Below, piece by piece: positions 20,094-30,339 of a DNA stretch of 64,000 nucleotides. This stretch comes from Candidatus Latescibacterota bacterium (GTDB taxonomy: Bacteria > Latescibacterota > CBDEFO01). The notes under the pieces are model-generated. The model did not search any database. It was not told where the DNA came from and worked only from the letters and a program-made list of their open reading frames with translations. Made by a program: the position numbers and the translations under genes. How positions within the stretch are numbered: position 1 is the stretch's first letter; each line of letters opens with the position of its first letter. The stretch is taken from positions 1,344,001 through 1,408,000 of the forward strand of contig OZ252149.1 of assembly GCA_965248755.1 (NCBI GenBank), read 5' to 3'.

Positions 20094-21113
20094 CTATCCC
20101 TGAAGTTCCTTTCTTACGATCTCTGCCCCTTCTACCATGTTTTTAAGCTTGATACAGGAGATCCACCTGGGAAGCTGAAAGAATCCGCAGTCGGGGTTAA
20201 TGTATAACTTCTCCGGCGGAACGTATTTCAGCACCTCCCTTATCCTTTCTGCAACGTCCTGGGGAGTCTCCACGTAGAAGGACTTGATGTCCACCAGGCC
20301 CGCTCCAAATTCCCTTTCTTCGTCGAACTCCTTATAGATGTCTATTTCGCTCATCTCCCTGTTTGCAAATTCAAAAACGAACTGGTCTACTCTGGCGTCC
20401 AGAAGGTCGGGGAACATCCAGCGGTATGCCCTCTTTCCTCTGGAGCGGCTGGCAAGATTTCCAAAGCAGATGTGAATTCCTATCTTTGCGTTTACGCCCT
20501 CCACCGACCTGTTGAATAGCTCCACCCAATCTTTAGTGGCCCCGGGGATGATGGCGTAAGACGGCTCATCGAGTTGTATCCAGTCCGCCCCAGCTTCGAC
20601 GAGGCTTTTGAGTTCTTTGTTCACCACGTCCGCAAATTCCCACGCAAGCTCTAATCGGTCTTTATAGACCTTACCGGGTTTTATATGTATAGTAAGAGTT
20701 AAAGGTCCAGGGCAGGTTGCTTTTACGGCTCTGTTAGTGTTCTGCTTGAGGTATTCAAACTCCTCCACGATACCCAGGCCTTCAGGGACGGTGATCTTTT
20801 CCTCAGCGAGCCATCTCTGCGGGCTGTCGTACCCGTACAGTCCGACCTTACGGAGTGGAGGCTCCGAAACGATTCCCTTGAAGCGTCTGTAGAAACTCTG
20901 GACAAAGTACCACCTCCTCATTTCGCCGTCAGTTATGATGTCTATGCCCGCTTTCTCCTGGTCGAGGATAGCGATGTTGACGGCATCGTCGAAGGTCTCC
21001 TTTATATCTGTCTGGCCGTAGTTGCCCTTGTCTATTTCGTCCAGGGCGGTCCAGAGCCAGCTGGGTGTTGCGTAGCTTCCTACTACTGTTGTGGGAAGGA
21101 GGAGATCTGACAT
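20094..21113 (-). CDS. Cobalamin-independent methionine synthase II (MetE C-domain)-like Zn thiol alkyltransferase
   Basis: TTVVGSY, TDGEMRR, PGPLT, QLDEP, HICFGN, NPDCG. Confidence 0.88.
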   Translation of the reverse strand: MSDLLLPTTVVGSYATPSWLWTALDEIDKGNYGQTDIKETFDDAVNIAILDQEKAGIDIITDGEMRRWYFVQSFYRRFKGIVSEPPLRKVGLYGYDSPQRWLAEEKITVPEGLGIVEEFEYLKQNTNRAVKATCPGPLTLTIHIKPGKVYKDRLELAWEFADVVNKELKSLVEAGADWIQLDEPSYAIIPGATKDWVELFNRSVEGVNAKIGIHICFGNLASRSRGKRAYRWMFPDLLDARVDQFVFEFANREMSEIDIYKEFDEEREFGAGLVDIKSFYVETPQDVAERIREVLKYVPPEKLYINPDCGFFQLPRWISCIKLKNMVEGAEIVRKELQG

Positions 21114-21474
21114 CTTATTTCCTTTCTCTGTAGTTTATGAACGCTCTGTTGCTGGCAAGGTAGAGAGGCGATTAAAATATACTGATAGAACTATCCGATG
21201 TCAAGCTTCGAAGGGTCTGCAGCTTAAAATACAGAGTAGATAAGCAACCAAACCCAATCATTAAGCGTCTTATTCTGTAGACATCAAGTAAGCATTAAAG
21301 TATATTTGTGCGGGTTGTAAGAAGATGGATCCCCATTGCCCCCTGTACAAAAAAGGAGGATCAAGGCAATGTCATTGCGAGTTCCCGATTGAATCTATTA
21401 GGGGTCGGGGAAGCGAAGTAATCTCATTCAAAGATTCTAACCATAACCAGTGTCATCAAGGCGGGATACAAATT

Positions 21475-22134
21475 ATGAGACTTGTCTATTTGCTGTTCCT
21501 TAGGAGTATGACCGTTTTGCTTTTGGGTGCTACAGGGATCGCTGCGCAAGAGGGCCGGGGAGATAATGAATTAGAATCCGTACGGAAGGCCATCCGCACC
21601 AGAACTTCTGACTCTATTGCAGCTATCGACAACCCGCAATTCGTGAGCGTCGAGGAAGCCGAAAGCTTCCTGAATCCCGCTGACGGAGTAATTGGGGTAC
21701 ATCTCAGAGGCATCGCCAAAGCATATCCGATCAAATTTCTGGGTGGCCGCGAAGTAGTCAACGATTCGCTCGGCTCGGACCCAATCGCTGTGACATGGTG
21801 ACCCATAGTGGCAGAGGATATCGTGCATATTCCCAAAATAGACCGCCAGATCGCCATAAGTCGTGGGATCAGGGACACCAGTTTTACCTTCGGAGTGTCA
21901 GGAATACTGCGCAATAGCGCTTTGGTTCTGTATGACCGCAACACTTTCAGCTTATGGACTCAAAAGGGCGTTGCTATTGCCGGCCCTTTGAAGGGCATCC
22001 GCTTAAAAGATATCCCTTCAGAGCGCACGACCTGGGAAAAGTGGAAGATGAAATACCTACATTCTCTGGTGATGGTCAAACCACCGCGCTCCACAGGACG
22101 TCCGAAAATCCCTTCGCGGAAACGTTTTCGTTAG
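21475..22134 (+). CDS. DUF3179-like exported protein with in-frame TGA (candidate selenoprotein)
   Basis: Two same-frame ORFs joined by TGA 21799-21801: DSIAAIDNPQF..AKAYP..EVVND..AVTW*P..FGVSG.L.NS.LVLYDR.T.SLW.Q. Confidence 0.78.
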
Positions 22135-22214
22135 TCGGCCCATCTTAACCTCTCTGCCTGTTGTGACACGATTTTTCCTATAAACTTTCTGTACAAAAAA
22201 ACTAAACGTTTTAG

Positions 22215-22443
22215 CCCGAATAATTCACACAAAAAGGCCGTGTATTAATTAAGGGATTGTATTATATTATAGTTATGCTGTTTAAGCTCCTTCGGTGTCC
22301 TTGCGAGCCGAAGGCGAAGCAATCTCGATTCTGTGGTAGATGTAATACTCTCCGGCTCTCATAGGAGACCACTATAAAACCGTGAGATTGCTTCGTCGCT
22401 TTGGTCCCCGCAATGACTCCACCAAGTTTATGAATTAATCGCG
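22215..22443 (-). mobile_element. MITE copy 3
   Basis: Reverse-complement copy with TTAG direct repeats. Confidence 0.9.
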
Positions 22444-22833
22444 TTAGAAAAGTTTTTCTCAGAAAAACGCGTCATCCAATGGCCAGGGATCGCATAAACG
22501 CTGCAGTGACACGACACGTTTTGGTAGCCCCCAAAACGCGTCACTCTGACAAAAATCTGTCCAGATTCTCCTTCGGAACAGCATCATAAACTTCTATCTT
22601 CGAGGCAGGGTTATGGAGGATCTCGAAGAGCTTGTCAAAATCTTCCTTCAAGGCTGTACCGTGGTAGTAGGTCTTCCTATCTTTTCTTTCCCTCCCTTTT
22701 TTAAATCTCTTATTCATTCATCTGCCGAAAGCCTGTGCACTTTGCGGCCGTTCTCTTCACGCCATTTCAAATGTTCCCTGTATGCCCTGCCTGCTTCCAC
22801 CCTCTGGACAAACAATCTTGACGGAGGAGGATA

Positions 22834-22867
22834 GAAAAAGCCCCGTCCTCCTGAAAGAGCGGGGCTA
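22834..22867 (-). terminator. Rho-independent terminator of the cyclase gene
   Basis: On - strand AGCCCCG..CGGGGCT stem followed by TTTT. Confidence 0.7.
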
Positions 22868-22894
22868 AACTTTTGCGTTCCTACCTTCTTTCAA

Positions 22895-23923
22895 CTATCT
22901 TATCGCAATGGGCCTCATTGTAAATCCTGCAGTAGCGCCCTTTATTTTATTTGTGACACCTATGTAGAGGAATTCATATACCTCATCTTTTGCCAGATCC
23001 TCTAAATAGTGAAACTCAGCTATGTGCACTCCCTGTTCTATCAAGAGGTACTCATGTACCGGCACAAAACTTGTGCTCCCCTGGGGTGGAGGCTGCTGTT
23101 CGAGGCCGGACGTGTCAGATCCTATCATAATCGTCCCCTTGTCCTCCACCAGCCACTTGGCCGAAGCCAGATTTATCCCTGCTCTGTCGTGAGCTTCTAT
23201 CTTCTCGTGATCTGCACCCGTTTCGCCCCAATATATTAGAGTCCCCGTCCTTATCAACACAGTGTCCCCCGGCTTCAGTTCCACGCCCTGCTCTTTTAAA
23301 GCCCCACTCAGGTCATCCGGTGTGATGCCATATCCGCTCTCTAAAGCCTCTTGGCCCTTGAACTTTGCAACATCTATCATCACGCCCCTCGTCACGACAG
23401 GAGGGATGTTCTCGGCTCCTGCCTTCCTCGGCCCCCAATTTCCTCCCCAATCCTCCTCTTTGAACCCGTTGTACCAGTGATTATCCTCCCCGACAGTGAC
23501 GTGTCCAAGACCGTCTATCTGCGTGGCAACGTTGTCCGACAGAAAAAGAGCGTTGCTGTGCCAGGCAAGCCCAGCGGGATTTACCTCGGGCGCAACAAAC
23601 GGGAGGTCCTGCTGTCTCTTTACGCCCTCAGGGGTCCTGAAAGATATGATCTCGGCTGGAGAATGTCCCGGCCACTTATACGATGTCCTGTCGTACAAGA
23701 TCCCCAGATCGTAGACCTTGCCCTCCTTGACCAGTTTAACAGCCTTTAACACACTCTTTTCGGTCATAGCGTTCAATGCTCCGACTTCGTCATCAGGACC
23801 CCAAATCCACCCCCAGCCCTCTCCCTTCTTCCATCCCTTAATATCTCCAGCCCATGTTTCAAAGGATGCGACGATTAAAAGAGCCGCAAGAACCGATAGC
23901 CACAGATGCCAGAATCTCACCAT
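22895..23923 (-). CDS. Cyclase family (kynurenine formamidase-like) exported metal hydrolase
   Basis: Signal peptide; WGPDDEVGALN, TQIDGLGH, TRGV.ID, GDTVLIRTG. Confidence 0.85.
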   Translation of the reverse strand: MVRFWHLWLSVLAALLIVASFETWAGDIKGWKKGEGWGWIWGPDDEVGALNAMTEKSVLKAVKLVKEGKVYDLGILYDRTSYKWPGHSPAEIISFRTPEGVKRQQDLPFVAPEVNPAGLAWHSNALFLSDNVATQIDGLGHVTVGEDNHWYNGFKEEDWGGNWGPRKAGAENIPPVVTRGVMIDVAKFKGQEALESGYGITPDDLSGALKEQGVELKPGDTVLIRTGTLIYWGETGADHEKIEAHDRAGINLASAKWLVEDKGTIMIGSDTSGLEQQPPPQGSTSFVPVHEYLLIEQGVHIAEFHYLEDLAKDEVYEFLYIGVTNKIKGATAGFTMRPIAIR

Positions 23924-24132
23924 TTTGATACCTCCTTACGGTTAGGGATTTACCTTGAACACATCCGATGATCCTGATTCAGAGCCAACAAACCTGGTTT
24001 CCCTTGGCTTGCGAATTTGATTCTCTCCTCTCTGATCTAAATACCACTCCCCAGCAGCATATCGCTATTCCATCTGGAGGCCTTTAAATAGGTCTACCAC
24101 CGAGATCCCCCCCGATAGATTCAATCGGGGGT

Positions 24133-25626
24133 CTACGAGTCCGGTTGGTAGTTCAAGCTGGACGCATACGGACCGTATTCGACTACGATTTCCACATCTT
24201 CAATTATCACTCCTCCTTTGAACCCATCGGGTCTCTTCTCCAACGACACCTCTAACAGGTTCTCACCCTTATGTGGACGTTCCCCTTCCAAGTGTAATTC
24301 CAACCACTGACCGGGGTACGGAACATTACTTTCTCCGATCTTGTGTGGTCCGCCGAATGTGCGCGTGCAAGTCTCTTTGGACAGAGACCTCCCGTTCAGC
24401 AGGATCGCAAGATTGTCCGCCGTCACCAGATTACTGACGTTGATCTTAAGTCGTACTTCACGCACGCGCTCAGAAGAACCTTGTATATCATCTGATATAT
24501 AGAAGGGGATCTCATAGCGTCTGTTCGGATCCGCAGACGGGATTTCAATCGGCAGTGCCGCATCATATACAAGCCCGATACCTGTAGCTTCGCACCGCCT
24601 CGGCAGTACATAGTGCTTTTCCCCCTCTTTTGATAGTTCGGGATCGCCTATCTCCGTGAGAATTCTGCGTTCCGCATCTCCTAATGGCCACTTCAAAAAC
24701 CAGGTGTAGAGACCATCGACGCCTCGATCCCAGAAGTTTCCCGCAGCAGCTCGCATCATCTCAGGTGTAGCATACTTTCTCAGATGAGATCCTACGCTCT
24801 CTGCTTCTGAGTAGGGTTGAAGCACTGCGTAGACAGATGCGCTGTCGTTTTGATGAGCCGATTGAATGAGCCAATCAATGGGCATGTCAGGGTCAAGTAT
24901 AAAGTAGCCGTACAAAAACGGCACCACAAAGTCAACGATTCCCTCCTCAAACCACGTGCGCACGTCCAATCCCGCCTCAAGGCACATCTTTTCGGTGGGG
25001 AATACGCGAGCTCCGACCTGCCCAGGCTCGCCCGGCCTATTCCGGACCATCTGGGAGATCTTACCGACGTACTCTGTCATCAACGGAGTGTGCTTTTCCA
25101 CTTCGTCGGGCTTGAAGAAGAACGGGGGATAGCCGAAGTCCAGCTCTATCCCCTCTACAGAATACTCTGTAGCCAGCTCCTCAAGGACTGCAAACTGATG
25201 ATCGCGCGCCTCTGGATGAGCAAAGTTCAGACAGCCCTCCATCGGCCCGGGCACACCGATCTGATAGTGCGGTTCACTCCCGCTGAAGGATCCCATACGC
25301 AGGCTTGCGAAAAAGTCTATACCTGCCTCATGCGCCCGGTCGATGAGCACAGTTAGTGGATCGAGGCCCCTGTCAATCAGGCTCTGCATATTCTTCCGTG
25401 CACGCCACGCATAAGCGAATGGACTTTGATCTCCACCCCATTGTGCTCCAATCTTAGAGGGGTAGAAGAGTCCGCCACTTGAGACTCCGTAGATGAACGT
25501 GTCAACGGCGGTGCCTGCGACTTCGTCTATCGGCCTCCAGGCGTCCTCCAGCTTCATGGGGGGCTCGAAGGCGTATAGATAATAGTGGCGTGCATCGTTA
25601 AAGTAGATCGTTCGACGTCGTCTCAT
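24133..25626 (-). CDS. Putative TIM-barrel glycoside-hydrolase-like protein (paralog of 56672..58186)
   Basis: IYFND, DPL..LIDRAH..GIDFFAS.RM, LNFAHPEARD, EGIELDF. Confidence 0.65.
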   Translation of the reverse strand: MRRRRTIYFNDARHYYLYAFEPPMKLEDAWRPIDEVAGTAVDTFIYGVSSGGLFYPSKIGAQWGGDQSPFAYAWRARKNMQSLIDRGLDPLTVLIDRAHEAGIDFFASLRMGSFSGSEPHYQIGVPGPMEGCLNFAHPEARDHQFAVLEELATEYSVEGIELDFGYPPFFFKPDEVEKHTPLMTEYVGKISQMVRNRPGEPGQVGARVFPTEKMCLEAGLDVRTWFEEGIVDFVVPFLYGYFILDPDMPIDWLIQSAHQNDSASVYAVLQPYSEAESVGSHLRKYATPEMMRAAAGNFWDRGVDGLYTWFLKWPLGDAERRILTEIGDPELSKEGEKHYVLPRRCEATGIGLVYDAALPIEIPSADPNRRYEIPFYISDDIQGSSERVREVRLKINVSNLVTADNLAILLNGRSLSKETCTRTFGGPHKIGESNVPYPGQWLELHLEGERPHKGENLLEVSLEKRPDGFKGGVIIEDVEIVVEYGPYASSLNYQPDS

Positions 25627-25871
25627 GGATAACCTCCATTTTCTTTGTTAATTCCAAACCTATCTTTCATTTAATTCAGTTCGCCAACTCATCTACCGCA
25701 ACCCCCGATCCCGCCGACCCTCAATAGATTCAATTAGGTGTTCAATCGGCGGGTACACTCAATCGGGGATTCAATCGAGCGTTGAGCGTTAGGAACCAGC
25801 TAAATTTGTCGTAAACTGTCCGGCGACCGCGTCAGAGTGGGAACTTGGTTCGGAATAGTAGATGGCATCTG

Positions 25872-27557
25872 CTACTTTTTCTTCAAAGTGATCGGTTGTT
25901 GTCCGATCCGCGACAGCGAAACCGTCCCCTTGAACGGCTCGTACTCACTGCTGTACCTCTTATAAACCTCTATCTCCACATCCCTAGGCACGGGAGCCTC
26001 CACCGCCCGGTGAAAGAAACCGTATTGGTCGGTGTGGCAGTGCCACTGATCTATCTCCACACAGACACCCCCAATTGCCCTGTCTTGCTCATCTACCACC
26101 TGACCGCGCACTGCTCGACCCGCTTTGAGGCTAAAGTCCTGCGACTCCGCCTGCGGCCCGACCCTAATATGTCGATGCTCTGGCGCGTAATCTTCTGCCT
26201 CCACTGTTAGTACCAGCTCACCGAGCTTGACGGCCTCGAATCGGAACTTCCCCTGCGTGTCGGTCTCCACCGTCGGGAAACCGCTACCCTTCTGAATCGA
26301 TCGGTATCCCAATTCGGGAATATATTCCGCCAGCACCATCCGGGTTGGGTGATCATTGGGAAAGGTGACTCGCTTCGACCACCCGACGGGATCCACTGCC
26401 CAGGAGTCGGCAGCGTAGCGGTTCGGGCTCCGCTCCACCTTCGCGCCCACAATCGGGTTGTCCTGTTCATCCAGGGCGCGTCCCGTCAACACCGCGCGCG
26501 CCGGAGATACCTGCACACGCTCGACTGTGATCGGAAAGACCTTTGTGCCATCCTCGTCGCTTCCGATAGCCACCAGCTTGTTCGGGCCAACCTTTATCAT
26601 ATCAAACTGGCCGGTGTTGGAGGGCTCAATCAAATGCGTGAAGCTGATGCGGTTGCCCCATGTGTGCCCATTGTCCGTGCTGAAGGCCACGTGGAATCCC
26701 GGCCGTCCATACTCGCACGCTACCACACCGTTATCCAGCACCTGCAGTGTCGGCGAGATATTCATCAGGTGGGGATTCGTCGGCACCGGCTCGGTCCACG
26801 TCTTTCCCTGATCGTCCGACCAACAGACGTACATCGGCTTGTATTCCGCCGGCACGTGCGAGTACTGCGCCCGAAGCATGGCCAGCATCTGCCCGTTCGG
26901 CAGGAGAGCGATGCTCGGCTCGCAAGAGCCGAGGTACTGACCCGGAAGCTCAGGGTTCGGATCATCGGAATCATAGGCTATTGTCGCGTAATACCGCCAC
27001 GTGTGGCCTTGGTCATCCGATCTGATCAGGTACGCCCGGTGTTGAATATCGCCCTCAAATCTGCCGTACACCGGCGCTAGCACATCTCCGTTAGGAAGTT
27101 GTAGCATCTTACCTTTGGCAAAGGTAAGATCTCGTACGTCAAGACCAGGCGCAACAATGGGGACGTACACCTGAGCTATCTCCGTCTCCCAGTTCATCAT
27201 GTCATCGGTGAACCGGAGAAAGAGCGTATCGAAGCAGTACTCTTCCCCTTCAGTAGAGGAATCAACGATCGAGGCAGGCATGATCACGCCGCCGTCGCGC
27301 AGTGTCCCGCTGTTCTGGCCGCCGCCCAGCTCAGGTGGAGAATCCATCTCCTGACTCCACGTCAGCCCGCTATCGGTGGAGATCCGGTAAAACGCAGGCC
27401 GCGTACCGGGCTTTGGATAGAACGCCGCCACGACCCCTGTCCGCGACACCATCAAAACCGAGGTATTCTGATAGGCCAAAGAGCTGAGCTTAGTTGGCTC
27501 GCCGAGGGTGATCTTCAGGATTTCGGTCTGTTCAGCACGCGTATATATCTTATCCAC
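25872..27557 (-). CDS. BNR/Asp-box (sialidase-like) protein with carboxypeptidase-regulatory-like domains
   Basis: Repeated S.D.G.TW boxes; C-terminal GR..D....PI.GA and TD..G.F. Confidence 0.8.
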   Translation of the reverse strand: MDKIYTRAEQTEILKITLGEPTKLSSLAYQNTSVLMVSRTGVVAAFYPKPGTRPAFYRISTDSGLTWSQEMDSPPELGGGQNSGTLRDGGVIMPASIVDSSTEGEEYCFDTLFLRFTDDMMNWETEIAQVYVPIVAPGLDVRDLTFAKGKMLQLPNGDVLAPVYGRFEGDIQHRAYLIRSDDQGHTWRYYATIAYDSDDPNPELPGQYLGSCEPSIALLPNGQMLAMLRAQYSHVPAEYKPMYVCWSDDQGKTWTEPVPTNPHLMNISPTLQVLDNGVVACEYGRPGFHVAFSTDNGHTWGNRISFTHLIEPSNTGQFDMIKVGPNKLVAIGSDEDGTKVFPITVERVQVSPARAVLTGRALDEQDNPIVGAKVERSPNRYAADSWAVDPVGWSKRVTFPNDHPTRMVLAEYIPELGYRSIQKGSGFPTVETDTQGKFRFEAVKLGELVLTVEAEDYAPEHRHIRVGPQAESQDFSLKAGRAVRGQVVDEQDRAIGGVCVEIDQWHCHTDQYGFFHRAVEAPVPRDVEIEVYKRYSSEYEPFKGTVSLSRIGQQPITLKKK

Positions 27558-27693
27558 AGGTGATTGACTCCGAGTATGATTTACGTTAAGAAACCTGCAG
27601 AGCTGTTCTCAGAACCTGAAGTCTTGCTCCAATATATCCTGTTATGCTATGGATGTCAACCGGAAAGGGGTGCGACCACTGCGAACGGGAATA

Positions 27694-27795
27694 TGTAGGG
27701 GCAGACCCGCGTGTCTGCCCTGAAAATACGGAGGTGCCTGTGCGTGTCCGCAAATAGACACGTAAATTGGCCGAACACATGGGTTAGCCCCTGCT
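27694..27795. repeat. REP doublet (GTAGGGGCAGACC...GCCCCT class)
   Basis: GTAGGGGCAGACCCGCGTGTCTGCCC with inverted partner GGCCGAACACATGGGTTAGCCCCTGC. Confidence 0.6.
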
Positions 27796-27805
27796 TATTT
27801 GCTGT

Positions 27806-28312
27806 TCACAGCTCAGCGGCCCTGAGCCTTTTAATAAGAACCGGGACCATAAAAAGGGCGATCAGAATCTCAGGGATCACATAGCTTCCGTTGTAAAGGG
27901 CGGAGTAGATCCAGACCGGAGTTCCCTGTGTAGCGTACTCCCCGAAGAATATCACACCTGACAGAAAGTGAGACGATCCTCTTGCCAGGCCTCCGATTAT
28001 AATTCCTGCAAAGGGCAGCTGTGTGAAGAATCCAGAGATACCCAGAAGCCCAAAGGCAAGAGGATAGTCTAACACGAGTTGGAGAGGGTGAATGATGTAA
28101 GGGTCTATTATAAGCTGGAGGAATCCCAGAATAGCCCCGGCGGTCATCCCTACTTTGGGGCCATCTCTTAAAGCGAGGATATAGATGGGTACGGCCTCAA
28201 GGGTTATAGATCCTCCATAGGGCATCCTATAGATCCTGACTAGAGAAAGCAGAACGCCCAATCCACACGCTGCTGCGATTTGGGCGACTTTTCTTGTCTC
28301 TAAAGCACCCAT
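27806..28312 (-). CDS. thiT: ECF-type thiamine transporter S component
   Basis: MPYGGSITL, HPLQLVLDYPLAF, HFLSGVIFF.EYA, YSALYNGSY. Confidence 0.88.
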   Translation of the reverse strand: MGALETRKVAQIAAACGLGVLLSLVRIYRMPYGGSITLEAVPIYILALRDGPKVGMTAGAILGFLQLIIDPYIIHPLQLVLDYPLAFGLLGISGFFTQLPFAGIIIGGLARGSSHFLSGVIFFGEYATQGTPVWIYSALYNGSYVIPEILIALFMVPVLIKRLRAAEL

Positions 28313-29499
28313 CAGTTTACGGAGTAGCTCTTAAAGCCCTCGTAGAACGTCTGCACAGTCACCTTGATAATCCCCGTTATAGGGACAGCAAGGATCATAC
28401 CTATGATTCCGAGCAGTTGACTCCCGACCAGGACTACAAAGAGCACGACCACAGGATGCAGATTGACACTCCTTGCCACCACAACCGGAGAGATAAAAAC
28501 TCCATCGAGAGTCTGGATCACCGCAAATGTCAACGCAGCCGGAACGAAACCTCCGATCCCCTTTTGAATCAAAGAGACGATGATCACTATCGAGGCTGTA
28601 GTTATAGGGCCAAGATACGGAATGAGATTTAAGACTCCGGCAGCCACCCCTATGACAAGATAGTACTTCAATCCTATTATCCGGAGCGCAGTCGTCCACA
28701 GTAAAGCTATGGTAATAGAGACCGTAAGTTGACCCCTTATGTATCCGCCTATTTGCTTATCTATCCTGTAAATGAGGTTCAAAATCATCTCAAAGTACCT
28801 GTTCGGTACGAGTTCAACGAAGCTTGCCTTGGCAGTTGGGGCCTCTTTTAGCACAAAGAACGCCACTACAGGAGCTATTACCAGGAAGAATATTAAGGAG
28901 AAGAGGTTGACTACCAAAGACACCGATCTTCCTAAGAGCTGTGCAAGAAGTTTCCCTATGTTCTTAAATATGTCCTCCGAATATTGGCTTATCTGATCTG
29001 TGATGCTCTCAGCCTTAAATCCTGGGATAAGATCGGACATAAAGCGCGGTAGCCGCGATTCTATTTGAGTTTGTAACTTCCCGATAAGTTCGTGTGCATA
29101 TTCAGAAAGCGCAGCCCCCACCGTATCTGAAGCAGCGCTCCTGGTTGTCTCAAGCGAATCTGGGTGCGCGCTTTCTGTGGCGGCCAGAAGAGCCGGTAAT
29201 ATATTTCCTGTCAGTCCCTTTATTTCGTTGGCAAGTAGAGGTGCAACAAATATCATGATTAAGACTGCCAATAGAGCGAGCACCAAGTAGATTATCAAGA
29301 TAGCCCATCCGCGCCCTATGCCTAATCCTTCGAGTCTGTTGACCACAGGATTGAATAGATAGGCAATAAGAAAGGCCAGTGCGAACGGGAACAGTATGCC
29401 CTTGATGGCTATCAAAAACCATACAACAAGTGAAATAGCCGCCAGGATAAGGAGGATCTTAATTATCTGTGTGGACGCAGGAAAACCGGCAGCAGCCAC
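28312..29499 (-). CDS. AI-2E family transporter
   Basis: PFALAFLIAYLFNPVV, GYIRGQL, NLIPYLG, LHPVVV, GMILAVP. Confidence 0.9.
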   Translation of the reverse strand: MAAAGFPASTQIIKILLILAAISLVVWFLIAIKGILFPFALAFLIAYLFNPVVNRLEGLGIGRGWAILIIYLVLALLAVLIMIFVAPLLANEIKGLTGNILPALLAATESAHPDSLETTRSAASDTVGAALSEYAHELIGKLQTQIESRLPRFMSDLIPGFKAESITDQISQYSEDIFKNIGKLLAQLLGRSVSLVVNLFSLIFFLVIAPVVAFFVLKEAPTAKASFVELVPNRYFEMILNLIYRIDKQIGGYIRGQLTVSITIALLWTTALRIIGLKYYLVIGVAAGVLNLIPYLGPITTASIVIIVSLIQKGIGGFVPAALTFAVIQTLDGVFISPVVVARSVNLHPVVVLFVVLVGSQLLGIIGMILAVPITGIIKVTVQTFYEGFKSYSVN

Positions 29500-29565
29500 T
29501 ATGCGTTCTCCCTATTTAGAGCTTATTAGACGCCGATGTTTTTACTTCTTGATCCCCAATTGAAT

Positions 29566-30171
29566 CTATCGGGGATCAATCTCTAATGCCGCCTGAACTG
29601 CTTCGATTTCCTCATTCAGCGCGTGTACTCTTTCACCGGTCATCTGATCTAGCCGTATGAGAATCTTAAGAGCCAGTCGCGGCTCTTCAGCGATGAGCTC
29701 CATCAAAGTCGATCGGTGGAAGATGATAAGTTCACTGTTACCGGAGGCTACAGCACAGACCGGATTGGGATGCTCATCCAAAAGAGACAGTTCCCCGAAG
29801 AAATCCCCTTCCTCTAAATGAGCCACCTTGCCTCGATCGTTAAGTATATCAACGCTCCCCTTTTTGATGATATAAACACCGAGGCCGATCTCGCCCCGGT
29901 TGAAGATCGCCTCGCCTTCGGCAAAGTCTTCCTTCTGGACGACCTTGCTTATCTTCTTTATCGACCGCTGGCTCAAGTACCCGAATAGGACAGACTCTTT
30001 GAGGATGCAGATCAACTCATCATTAGATGATCTTTGACCTTTGAGTATCCTGTTTCTTATAAAGTTAAGTCGCATGGAATTTTTCGTTCTGTAGGGAATG
30101 CGAGGATTGCCTGGCCGCTCAATGGCTTGCTGCCTCTCCAGCAAAGGGCCCATGATGCCGCCCATTGACAA
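29566..30171 (-). CDS. Cyclic nucleotide-binding domain protein
   Basis: GEAIF..GE.G..VYII..GSV, GDFFGELSLL; start uncertain. Confidence 0.8.
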   Translation of the reverse strand: MSMGGIMGPLLERQQAIERPGNPRIPYRTKNSMRLNFIRNRILKGQRSSNDELICILKESVLFGYLSQRSIKKISKVVQKEDFAEGEAIFNRGEIGLGVYIIKKGSVDILNDRGKVAHLEEGDFFGELSLLDEHPNPVCAVASGNSELIIFHRSTLMELIAEEPRLALKILIRLDQMTGERVHALNEEIEAVQAALEIDPR

Positions 30172-30339
30172 TTTTCTTCTCTCACAATGATGCTTATCTG
30201 GCTTCGGCCTTTAGTCTTTGCGAGAACACCTCTCTCTTTACTGCCTCCACTCCTCAGCGAAGCTCCCACCGGGCCCCCCGACCCCGTCAGGAGTTGCGAC
30301 TCCTAAGGAGACGCGAAGGGGAACCAGAACCGATCTGAT

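Noticed and set aside
22450..22834. ORF 22613..22834 and opposite-strand protein-like fragments
   Set aside because: No recognisable family, and the - strand frames are broken by stops.
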